Translations under genes and position numbers: made by a program
Origin: a virus
Lineage: Duplodnaviria > Caudoviricetes
Length of the DNA: 59,808 nucleotides
IMG/VR virus record: IMGVR_UViG_3300044638_005822
Span: 1 to 59,808 of that record
Strand: one strand, 5' to 3'
Shown here: in pieces, positions 1 to 8,227 of the stretch
How positions within the stretch are numbered: the first letter of the stretch is position 1
Layout of the letters: each line of letters starts with the position of its first letter
Notes under the pieces: model-generated
What the model saw: the letters and a program-made list of their open reading frames with translations, nothing else
Told to the model about the DNA's origin: nothing
Databases searched by the model: none

Positions 1-93
1 TGGGGCGGTCTCGTTGCCGCGGTGCGTGGCACAGCCGGTGAACAGGCAGAGCGCCGCGATGATGGCGAGGATGATGTAGAGGGTTCGGTTCAC
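1..93 (-). CDS. Partial lipoprotein, probable spanin-type lysis component (runs off the window edge)
   Basis: GTG at 93 overlaps the TGA of the upstream gene; translates MNRTLYIILAIIAALCLFTGCATHRGNETAP, a signal peptide with a lipobox-like LFTG-C. Confidence 0.55.
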   Translation of the reverse strand, partial: MNRTLYIILAIIAALCLFTGCATHRGNETAP

Positions 94-383
94 GGCTTCC
101 GGCTGATGGCGTCTAAGGTTGCCGCCAATTTATCCTGCGTGCGGATTGAGAGCTGCTGCGACTCGGAGATTTTGGACAGGTTTGATTTAACCTCAGCCAT
201 CGTGGTCTCGACCAATGCCAGACGAGCGTCTTGCCGAATCATTACTTCTCGCCCCTGCGTCCACACTCCGAGTCCGCCAATGAGCATCACGGCAGCAGTG
301 AGGACGTGCCCGAGGTTCACGGTGCCGTCGAATTTCCAACGGCGTGCCTCGGCTCTGTTTTGTTCTTGTTCGGTGTCGCTCAT
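90..383 (-). CDS. Holin-like membrane protein
   Basis: 97 aa, one hydrophobic segment (VLTAAVMLIGGLGVW) then coiled coil; downstream of the tail fibre and next to a lipoprotein gene. Confidence 0.5.
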   Translation of the reverse strand: MSDTEQEQNRAEARRWKFDGTVNLGHVLTAAVMLIGGLGVWTQGREVMIRQDARLALVETTMAEVKSNLSKISESQQLSIRTQDKLAATLDAISRKP

Positions 384-415
384 TGTTTCAGCAAGTTAGC
401 TTGGGACTTCGTGCT

Positions 416-892
416 TCATTTCGCAGCGGCGAGTTGCGCTTCGAGTTCCTTCACACGCGCGGCCCTTGCTGCTGCCTCACGCTCGGCAAACGGCGCGTTG
501 ATGGCTGCGGCGAGCGTTGCCAGCGTAGCGCGTGCGGCGTCATACTTCGCGGAGTTCGCGGCGAGCTTGGCCTGCAAGTCGGCATACTCCGCGTCAATCG
601 CCGTCCAGTCCAGCGCGGCGAGCAATGCGCTGGCGTGCTTCTGGTCCTGCGCGGTCATCGCGGCGAGTTCCGAGGTGGCCTTGTCGCGCGCTGCGTTGGC
701 CGTGGCGATAGCTGCGTCACTCGCGGCCTTGGCTGTTGCGGCGGCTTCGGTTGCTTTGTCGGCGGCTTCTTTCGCCGTGGCCTGCGCCGCTGCGAGGGCG
801 TCCGCGCCTTCCTTGCGGAGTGCGTCGAGTTGTGCGGAGATGTCCAACCAGAGTTGGCCGGATTCGGTTTGGATGTCGAATAGTGATTTCAT
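416..892 (-). CDS. Ala-rich coiled-coil hypothetical protein
   Basis: 158 aa ORF co-oriented between tail fibre and holin-like gene. Confidence 0.6.
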   Translation of the reverse strand: MKSLFDIQTESGQLWLDISAQLDALRKEGADALAAAQATAKEAADKATEAAATAKAASDAAIATANAARDKATSELAAMTAQDQKHASALLAALDWTAIDAEYADLQAKLAANSAKYDAARATLATLAAAINAPFAEREAAARAARVKELEAQLAAAK

Positions 893-910
893 GGGTTTAT
901 GGGTTGTGGG

Positions 911-3900
911 TTAAGCGAGGGTGCAGCCGTTGTTAATGAATACCTGCCAAACGCTGTTCAGGTAAATCAGCATGATGTTATCGAGCGCGTCGTTCATCGT
1001 GATTGTGCCAGCGCCGCCCCATGCTGGATTTGTCACCGTCACCACGGCATCAAACCCGCCATCGGTGATAAACGAGATGATTTTTGTCTGCCCGTTGGTT
1101 CCCGCCGCGAGTGTTGTTGTGGTGTTGGCTGTGCCGGTGTTGGCAATGGTGGTCGTGAGCGTCGTGAGATTGACCGCTGCCACCGCGCCGTTGCCACTGA
1201 GCGCCTGCGGAGTCGAGATATACGCGCCGTTGCTGGTCAGGTTGCCCGTCAGCGTCGTCGCGCCGGTCACGGCGAGGGTGCCGCCCATTATCACTGACTT
1301 GGTGATTGCAGCCCCACCAGCGACGATTAAGGCACCAGTGGATAAAGATGTGGAGTCGGTTGATTTGTTAATTTGAAGTGACGGAGTGACGTTAATCGCG
1401 CCGCCGCTCCATGTATTCATCACGGTTGAGCCTCCGTAGCCAAAAATCAGCCCATTGCACGTTGCGCCACCGGCAAAATAAGCTCCGCCTTGAACCAAAA
1501 GCGCACCCGTGGCAGTAGCCGTGATCGGGGTGGTGTTGTTCACGGTTACGGTTCCTGTTGCGTCTGCTGCTTTACCTAATGTAATTGAGCCAGCAGTGGC
1601 CGCTGCTGCGATTAGCAAGGTAGTCGCCGCGCCCGCGAAGTTCACCGTGGTCGCCGTCGCATTCACCAGCGCAAACGTCGTGCTCGGCGTGGTGATGCTC
1701 GTCGTGATGTCCGGCGAGGTCATGGACTGCACGCCGGTAAAGGTCTGCGCGCCGCTGCTGATTGCCAGCGTGCCACTCAGCGGCAGCGTAACCGTGCCCG
1801 TGCCGAGCGCGCCCGTCGCAGGCGCAAGCGTCGTGGTGCCCGATGTGGCGTTGCGAAAGCCGATGTTGCCCACTGCGCTGCCTGCGGTGCCGAGGAGTAG
1901 GCTGGTGGTCGAGGAAATGGTCTGCCCTGTCGTGAACGTATTCGCCGCGCCGACATAGGCCGGGTCGCCGTCGCTCACGATGCTGTTCAGTTGCGCCATC
2001 GTGAGGCTGATGCCGGTTGGAGAGCCGGTGGCGTTCGTGAGGACGATGGCGGACGGGGTGCCGAGGTCGGGCGTTGTCAGCGCCATGTTCGTTGCCGTGG
2101 TGCCTGATGGCAGTGCGAGCAGCCCGCCCGTGGCTGACACGGAAATTGTCGCGCTTCCGCTTGTGCTGCCAAGAAACGTCGCTGTCCCGTAAAAGCTCAC
2201 GTTGTTTGTGCCGCCGTCAAACCTCATGTAATTCAGCCCTGAGCGCCGCGCTATGTAGAAGTTATTGCCAGCGGGTGAACTTGCATTTGGGTCGGTGAAA
2301 ATAGCCGCGCCATTTTGGTTGCGTGTCGAGACATACAGGAAACTTCCGCCGCTAGCTCCGCCAAAGATAGTGAGGCCTTCGCCGTAAGGCCCGAACGCGG
2401 ACTCCGTGTTGATGTCTGGGTATCCAATGGCAACCGCTGTTTTCCCATCGTAAAGCGAAGACCAAACCGGGTTTTTTTGTCCCTGCTCAAGCATCGAAAC
2501 TTTGTTGAGCAATTCCTGCGACGTTACTTGAATCCCATGCGGGTGCCCCATGTAACCTTGCGTCACCGCGCTTTGAACTGATCCCCACGTAACGAGGTCT
2601 GTTGAGTCTGAGTATTTCAGTCCCGCAGTGGACTGCTGGTAGTTTTGCTCCGCGTAAAGTCGGTATGTGCCATTAGCGAGCGCGAACATCGCCGGGCCTT
2701 CCGTGGCGGAAGGAAAGGATGGATAAGTTCCTGCCGTGTTGAAGCCGCTAGTGAGGCTGGTTGACGTGACGTGTCGGATGCCTCCCGCAGACGGCAGGTC
2801 GTAGAAAAGATGATAGGTCGAGCCAACCTTTACAACCGCCGGAGAGTTGCCAAGGTTGTTAGTGATCGCGCTGCCAGTGATTTGAACCGGCGTGCTCCAT
2901 GCGGAATAATCGCCGGGAGTGGTTGGATGTGTCTCGTAGAGATACAACCCGCCAGCCGCTTGCGACGCTGTGGTGTTGGCGGCAAACAAAACGTGGTCGG
3001 TTCCGTCTGAATCAGTGAACCAATCGCCAATCCAAACGTGGGCTGGCGTGCCAGTTGCAAGCGAGCCAGTGCTGATAGTGCTCCATGTCCATGTCCTCCC
3101 GTCTGTTGACGAGCCGAGTCCCCAACTATTTCCGCCAGTGAAAGCATTACGCGTGTAGGCCACATAAAACGTGCCCGTGGCTGCAACGTAGTGCAGCGCC
3201 GGATCGCGGATAGTGCCCTCAGTCGTGACGATTGGCGTGGCGTGAGTGCGTTTCCACGTAGCCGCATCAGTGGACGATATGAACGTCATCCACTCGCCGA
3301 AATAATCGAATGTGGCGGCGAGGTATCCGACTTGCGGTAACACGAACGTCCCGCCCGTCACCGTCTTGCCCGTGAAGGTCAGCGCGCTCGGCAGCGAGAG
3401 CGTCGGCGTCGTCGTGCCGGTCACGGTGATTTCGTTCGCTGTGCCGGTGATGGATGTTACTCCTCCTGCCGCTGCGGGCTTCGGCGTAATCCACGCCCTC
3501 AAGTCGGTGTTGCTGGTGATTGCTCCGGCGCTCGCAACAACCGTTGCCAGCGGGTAGCTGCCAGCCGTGAATGCCGTGGTGTTGACGCTGGCCACGCCCG
3601 CCGCCGTCACCTCGATGTAGTTCGTCGCGTTGGTGATTGCGAGGCTGCTTTGCGCTGCCACGAATGCGCCGTTCGCCGCGTAGCCTGCGGCGACGTTGAC
3701 GAGCAGGCCGGTGCCGTTCGTGACTAGGAAATCGTTGCGACTCAGCATCGTTGACGGGTTCGCGTCCGTGTCTCTCAAGGTGTCCGCATCCACCGAATAC
3801 TTGCGCCGCTGCGTCTTTTTGAAGGTGCCGCTCCCAGCGGACACTTCCCACTTTACCTCGATGCTGCAATCATACCGCGTCACGCCAGCCGTGAACTTCG

Positions 3901-4165
3901 CCAGCATCTCCGACGTATTCAGCGACAGGCTGAACGTGTATGGCGCACCATCCGGTTCTGGCCGCGTCGCCGTCGTGTAGGCAAGCAGCACGTCAGACGG
4001 GTCGTTCCACGACTTCACGCCGATCTGGATCGCCGTTCCAGCCGGAAGACGGAAAGGCACCCCGCCCTTCATAAAGGTGAGCGTGCCAGGGATTGTCTCG
4101 CCACGCACGGGCGGCACTGGGCCGAGACTGAGCCGGCGGGAATCTACATCTACAATGAGCTGCAT
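911..4165 (-). CDS. Tail fibre/spike with central beta-propeller glycoside hydrolase-like (GH43/GH32 clan-like) module
   Basis: 1084 aa, T/G/A-rich fibre segments; Asp-box-like motifs SSTDAATW, SSTDGRTW, DSTDLVTW; IRDPALHY and TEGPAMF acidic motifs. Confidence 0.75.
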   Translation of the reverse strand: MQLIVDVDSRRLSLGPVPPVRGETIPGTLTFMKGGVPFRLPAGTAIQIGVKSWNDPSDVLLAYTTATRPEPDGAPYTFSLSLNTSEMLAKFTAGVTRYDCSIEVKWEVSAGSGTFKKTQRRKYSVDADTLRDTDANPSTMLSRNDFLVTNGTGLLVNVAAGYAANGAFVAAQSSLAITNATNYIEVTAAGVASVNTTAFTAGSYPLATVVASAGAITSNTDLRAWITPKPAAAGGVTSITGTANEITVTGTTTPTLSLPSALTFTGKTVTGGTFVLPQVGYLAATFDYFGEWMTFISSTDAATWKRTHATPIVTTEGTIRDPALHYVAATGTFYVAYTRNAFTGGNSWGLGSSTDGRTWTWSTISTGSLATGTPAHVWIGDWFTDSDGTDHVLFAANTTASQAAGGLYLYETHPTTPGDYSAWSTPVQITGSAITNNLGNSPAVVKVGSTYHLFYDLPSAGGIRHVTSTSLTSGFNTAGTYPSFPSATEGPAMFALANGTYRLYAEQNYQQSTAGLKYSDSTDLVTWGSVQSAVTQGYMGHPHGIQVTSQELLNKVSMLEQGQKNPVWSSLYDGKTAVAIGYPDINTESAFGPYGEGLTIFGGASGGSFLYVSTRNQNGAAIFTDPNASSPAGNNFYIARRSGLNYMRFDGGTNNVSFYGTATFLGSTSGSATISVSATGGLLALPSGTTATNMALTTPDLGTPSAIVLTNATGSPTGISLTMAQLNSIVSDGDPAYVGAANTFTTGQTISSTTSLLLGTAGSAVGNIGFRNATSGTTTLAPATGALGTGTVTLPLSGTLAISSGAQTFTGVQSMTSPDITTSITTPSTTFALVNATATTVNFAGAATTLLIAAAATAGSITLGKAADATGTVTVNNTTPITATATGALLVQGGAYFAGGATCNGLIFGYGGSTVMNTWSGGAINVTPSLQINKSTDSTSLSTGALIVAGGAAITKSVIMGGTLAVTGATTLTGNLTSNGAYISTPQALSGNGAVAAVNLTTLTTTIANTGTANTTTTLAAGTNGQTKIISFITDGGFDAVVTVTNPAWGGAGTITMNDALDNIMLIYLNSVWQVFINNGCTLA

Positions 4166-4232
4166 AGGAAAATACCGTGCTCGAAAATTGGTGTCAGGAG
4201 TTTTGCCAGGTTGGGATTAGAAAGCACATCCC

Positions 4233-4270
4233 GTGAGGCACGGCTGCCCTGACGAACAGCCGCACCCCAC
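4233..4270 (-). terminator. Stem-loop downstream of capsid gene
   Basis: Minus strand GTGGGGTGCGGCTG...CAGCCGTGCCTCAC imperfect stem; weak U-tract. Confidence 0.4.
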
Positions 4271-4293
4271 AGAAAGCGTGTAAGTGCCTTACA

Positions 4294-5568
4294 CTACGCC
4301 GGATACGGAGTTGCGCTATACTGCGGATTCAACGCACTCCGCGCGCAGCGGATAACTGCGCCGAACGTGGTGTATTGCGGCATCGAGCCGAGCATGAAGA
4401 CACCGTTGAAGATGCCCGTGCTGCCCTGCTTGTTCGTGTCGGTGCGGTAGTTCAGGAACTCCCACATGCCGCGGTAGTTCACGTTGTTGAACGTGGTGCC
4501 GTTGGTGTTCGCCACGCTGCCGGGAAACATGATTTCCATGAGGCGGGGGTGGAAGAGGATCACATCCTCCCACAGCGCGGTTTCGTAGTCGGGGTTCCGC
4601 TCCAGCTTGTAGCCGCCGACGTTGGCGGTCTTGAAGTAGAACGGTTCCACTTTGACCCACGCGCCGTTGGTGTAGTTCCAGCGCGCAGCCACCGAGGTCT
4701 TGAGCAACTGGAGGCCGTTGATCGGAGGCTGGGTGACGTTGAGCGGCTTGAGCAGTTCCGGCACGCGGTCGCGATTCCAGCGGAAGTTGTCGAGCTGTGG
4801 CGTCGCGACCATGAGGTTGCGGGCCTGCTGTTGGCTGGTGATGAGGCCATGCACGGGCGCACCGTCGTCGGTCGCCAGCGAGTCCTCGAATGCGCCGTCA
4901 CGGTTGACCTGATCCTGAAGGTCAATCAGGAACGGCATCGTGAGGGCTGTCGGGAGTGCCGCGCCTGCGTTTTGGAGCGCACCGCCATCGTTGAACGTGC
5001 CAACCGTGCCGGAGCCGTTGTTGGTCGAGACGATACCGTTGCGGGTGAAGACGTACTTGTTGGCGCAGAGCGTCACGTAGTCGTAGGTGAACTTCTCGGC
5101 GAGCATCCAGTTCGTGATGTCGGCGAGGTTCTTCTTGATCATGCCGAACTGCCGTTCACCGTCGAACGCAGCCGCCAGATCCCGCACGCAGAAGCGCGGC
5201 GAGTTGATCTGGATGTGCTGCAAGCCGAACAGGGTCTTGCTGGTGCCCTGCTGGAGATTGATCTCCGGCGGCGAGCAGTTGTTCTGCGCGGTGGTGCCGA
5301 AGCCGGCGGTGCCGATGTCCTGCCATCCGCCGCTGGCTGCCCATGCGGGGTTGAACACGCTGCCGCCGTCCGAGTAGGTGTCAGACGGGGCTGGGAGGGT
5401 GCGCTCGACTTGCGTGACGGCGACTTGGTAGCCCATGCCGTCCGACCAACTGCCCTGCTGGACGAGACCGAGCATGGGGGAGGTCATAATGCCGCGGTGA
5501 AGGATTTCGCCGGGGAGCATACGCCCCGTTTCTTGAAGTAATACGTTCTCGATTTGCTGAACTGCCAT
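4294..5568 (-). CDS. Major capsid protein
   Basis: 424 aa from ATG 5568; follows portal and scaffold in the head operon; strongly biased codon usage; own promoter-like sequence upstream. Confidence 0.75.
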   Translation of the reverse strand: MAVQQIENVLLQETGRMLPGEILHRGIMTSPMLGLVQQGSWSDGMGYQVAVTQVERTLPAPSDTYSDGGSVFNPAWAASGGWQDIGTAGFGTTAQNNCSPPEINLQQGTSKTLFGLQHIQINSPRFCVRDLAAAFDGERQFGMIKKNLADITNWMLAEKFTYDYVTLCANKYVFTRNGIVSTNNGSGTVGTFNDGGALQNAGAALPTALTMPFLIDLQDQVNRDGAFEDSLATDDGAPVHGLITSQQQARNLMVATPQLDNFRWNRDRVPELLKPLNVTQPPINGLQLLKTSVAARWNYTNGAWVKVEPFYFKTANVGGYKLERNPDYETALWEDVILFHPRLMEIMFPGSVANTNGTTFNNVNYRGMWEFLNYRTDTNKQGSTGIFNGVFMLGSMPQYTTFGAVIRCARSALNPQYSATPYPA

Positions 5569-5909
5569 GTGGTAATTGTAGGTTCTTGGGGCAGTGCGTT
5601 CTGCGTGCAGCTCCACACTGCCGGGTGTGGATGAGAAGTTCAGAAAATCCTTCCGATGGAAGGGGCTGACTTCGGTTCTGACAGCAGATAATTTTTTCGA
5701 CCCATCGCGGGGTCGCCGATGCTAAACAGGCATCGGGCGTGCGGCAAAAATACCTCCAAACTTCCGCTTGGCAAGAAAAATCTTTTGTGTATTTTCAGGG
5801 CATCAGCATCCGCTGTCTGCCGATTCAATCCGGCATCCAAAATTCACAACGCCCCGCCCGCGCCTCGGCTTTCTGTCGAGGGATTGACGCAGGCGGGGCA
5901 CCTTTTGAA

Positions 5910-6620
5910 ATGAAGAAGCTCGATTTGACTGAAGATGAACTAAAGCAGCGCAAGCGTCAGCAGGCCCGCGAGGCGACAAAGCGATGGAGGGAGCGAAATC
6001 CGCAAGCCAGCAAGGAGAGGAGTCGGAAATATGCGTTGGAGTATTACTACAAGAACCGAGCAAAGTGCGCCGAAAAATCCGCAAAATTTAGAGCGACCCA
6101 TAAGGGCGAGATGACCATCTACAACGCCGAGTATCGGGCGGCAAACAAGGCTAAACTCGACGCCTACATGAAGGAGTGGTACAGGAGAAACAAGGATACT
6201 CTTACGGTGCGCAGGAAGGCGAATTACGAAGTCATTCGCGACGCTCACCTTGCGCAGAAGCGTGAATACTACATCAAGAATCGAGATGCGATTCGCGCCA
6301 AGAAAAAGATGAACCGCGAGCCGGAGCGACGCAACGAGGACATCCGCCGCGCGAGGAAGTCAGGCGCAACGGTCGGCGATCTGCGACTCATCGCTGAGTG
6401 GGAGAAACGCTGGAGGCGGAAGCTGCTGGTCCGCTGCTATTGGTGCCGGTCTGACATCAAGCCATCAGTAGCGACGAGGGATCACATCGTCCCGCTGGCG
6501 CGTGGTGGCGAGCATTCCGTGTCGAATTTAGTGGTGTCTTGCGGCTCCTGTAATTCAAAGAAGCACGCTCGATCGCTCGACAAGTGGAACGCGACACTGG
6601 AGCAGCCGGTGCTGCTCTAG
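5910..6620 (+). CDS. HNH endonuclease (homing type) lying antisense in the head operon
   Basis: K/R/Y-rich N-terminal repeats; CYWC...TRDHIVPLARGGEHSVSNLVVSCGSCNSKK motif. Confidence 0.9.
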   Translation: MKKLDLTEDELKQRKRQQAREATKRWRERNPQASKERSRKYALEYYYKNRAKCAEKSAKFRATHKGEMTIYNAEYRAANKAKLDAYMKEWYRRNKDTLTVRRKANYEVIRDAHLAQKREYYIKNRDAIRAKKKMNREPERRNEDIRRARKSGATVGDLRLIAEWEKRWRRKLLVRCYWCRSDIKPSVATRDHIVPLARGGEHSVSNLVVSCGSCNSKKHARSLDKWNATLEQPVLL

Positions 6621-7885
6621 CGTTTTGAGAACGGATTCCACGCGGTGCCAGTTGGCGTGACTTCCGCGCGCCTCTCCCGCGCAGCCGGATCACCGCCTGC
6701 GCTCGGCGTTGCGCCTTTGAGTTCGCTGTTGTGCCGTTTGAGGCGGGCGATCTCCGCGTTGGCGGCTTCAAGCTGCCGCACGGCGAGCGGGAATGCCGCT
6801 GCCTGCGCGGTGAGGCGGACGCGCTCGGCGACTGGCTGCTCGGAGAACCACTTGTCGTCAGCCGCTTCCACGAAGCCGCGCACTGAATTGACGCGCTCCG
6901 CCAGTTCTTTGTCGGCGGTGTCCTTGAGGAATGGCGCGGCGGCGAGCACGGATTCGTCCCACACCTTCGGGATTGCGGCCTTCCTCTCGCTCACGTTCTT
7001 CGCCGCGGCGAGATCGCGCTGCTCGCGCTCTTGGGCGAGAGTGTTGTTGTAGATGTCCTTGGCCTTGGCGAGCACTTCGTTGCGCTTCTCTTGGAGCTTC
7101 GCGTGGTCGTCCAGAAGCCCGGCCAGCTTGTCGGCCTTGCGCTTGGGCCAGTCGGCGGTCACGTCCTCGAACCTGTTGTCCTGTGCGCGGCCTTTAAGCG
7201 AGGCGAGTTCGATCAGGTCTTCGGCTGCCACGTCGTAGTCGGCGGAGAACTCCTTGAACTGCGCCTCGATTTCGCTCATCGGCTTGGCGATTTCGTTCTT
7301 GAACATCTGCGTCTTTTCCACGCGGCTGCCGGCGAGTTCCGATTCCTGCTCGTCAATGCGCTTTTGCAGCGCCTCGCGTTCCTTTTGAAGTGACTGCACC
7401 GCATCGCTATCCGGCGCGGTTTTCTTTGCAGCTTCCAGTTCAGCGCGGATGGCGGCGGCCTCGGCGAGCGCGGCCTTGGCTTGCCGTTTGGACTCCCGCG
7501 CGTCAAAGTTGCTTTGCTTGAGGTGTTCGCGTGCCGACTTCGACATGCCCTTTGATGCGTCCTCGATCCGCTTGTTGAGTTCGTCGTCCGTCGTCTCGTC
7601 CGTGATCTCAGACTTTGCGGTGGTTTCCTTGACGGGTTCGGCTTTCGGCTTTTCCGGTTCCGCGATCTCGGGCGCTTCGACCTTCTCGCCGCCGGGCGTT
7701 TTCTCCGCCAGCTTCTTCAGGTTTGCGAGCGTCATCGGCTCGTAGTTGCTCGGAGCCGGATCGGGGTCTTGGAGTCTCGCTGAGCGCGCGGTGTGCTCTT
7801 TCAGCACGGCGTCGTCTTTGATTTCGGCGAAAGGCTGAAACGTGAGCGGTTCAGCGACGGGTAGTGTGGCGGTTTCGGTAGGCAT
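6617..7885 (-). CDS. Capsid scaffolding protein
   Basis: 422 aa, E/K/A-rich helical coiled coil with disordered N-terminus, between portal and capsid. Confidence 0.7.
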   Translation of the reverse strand: MPTETATLPVAEPLTFQPFAEIKDDAVLKEHTARSARLQDPDPAPSNYEPMTLANLKKLAEKTPGGEKVEAPEIAEPEKPKAEPVKETTAKSEITDETTDDELNKRIEDASKGMSKSAREHLKQSNFDARESKRQAKAALAEAAAIRAELEAAKKTAPDSDAVQSLQKEREALQKRIDEQESELAGSRVEKTQMFKNEIAKPMSEIEAQFKEFSADYDVAAEDLIELASLKGRAQDNRFEDVTADWPKRKADKLAGLLDDHAKLQEKRNEVLAKAKDIYNNTLAQEREQRDLAAAKNVSERKAAIPKVWDESVLAAAPFLKDTADKELAERVNSVRGFVEAADDKWFSEQPVAERVRLTAQAAAFPLAVRQLEAANAEIARLKRHNSELKGATPSAGGDPAARERRAEVTPTGTAWNPFSKR

Positions 7886-7889
7886 GGTG

Positions 7890-8207
7890 TCAGGGTTCTT
7901 GTTGTTGTTTGGTGAGATTGTATGTGTCCTCTGGCGTCATCATCGTGTGCGCGTCGGACTCTTGATGCGGCTTTTCCGGCTTTTGGGTAAGTCGCACTAG
8001 GTCGTCGAGTGCGTCATGCTTGCCCGCGATTTGCGCGGCGCGGATGGCGATGGACTCAATACTCAGCGTGCCGATCACGTTTGGGCGGCTGACGCCTCGG
8101 ATGGTGGCGAATGCCTCGCGGAGAATCGGCAGTTCGAGCACCTTTTCGAGTTCGCGCTGTTTGCCGCGGTTGGATCGCCATTCGGCGGGTGTGGTGAAGT
8201 CAGGCAT
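7890..8207 (-). CDS. Small head-operon hypothetical protein
   Basis: 105 aa between portal and scaffold, a usual slot in podovirus-like genomes. Confidence 0.6.
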   Translation of the reverse strand: MPDFTTPAEWRSNRGKQRELEKVLELPILREAFATIRGVSRPNVIGTLSIESIAIRAAQIAGKHDALDDLVRLTQKPEKPHQESDAHTMMTPEDTYNLTKQQQEP

Positions 8208-8227
8208 GATGTCAGGGTTTTAAGGGA

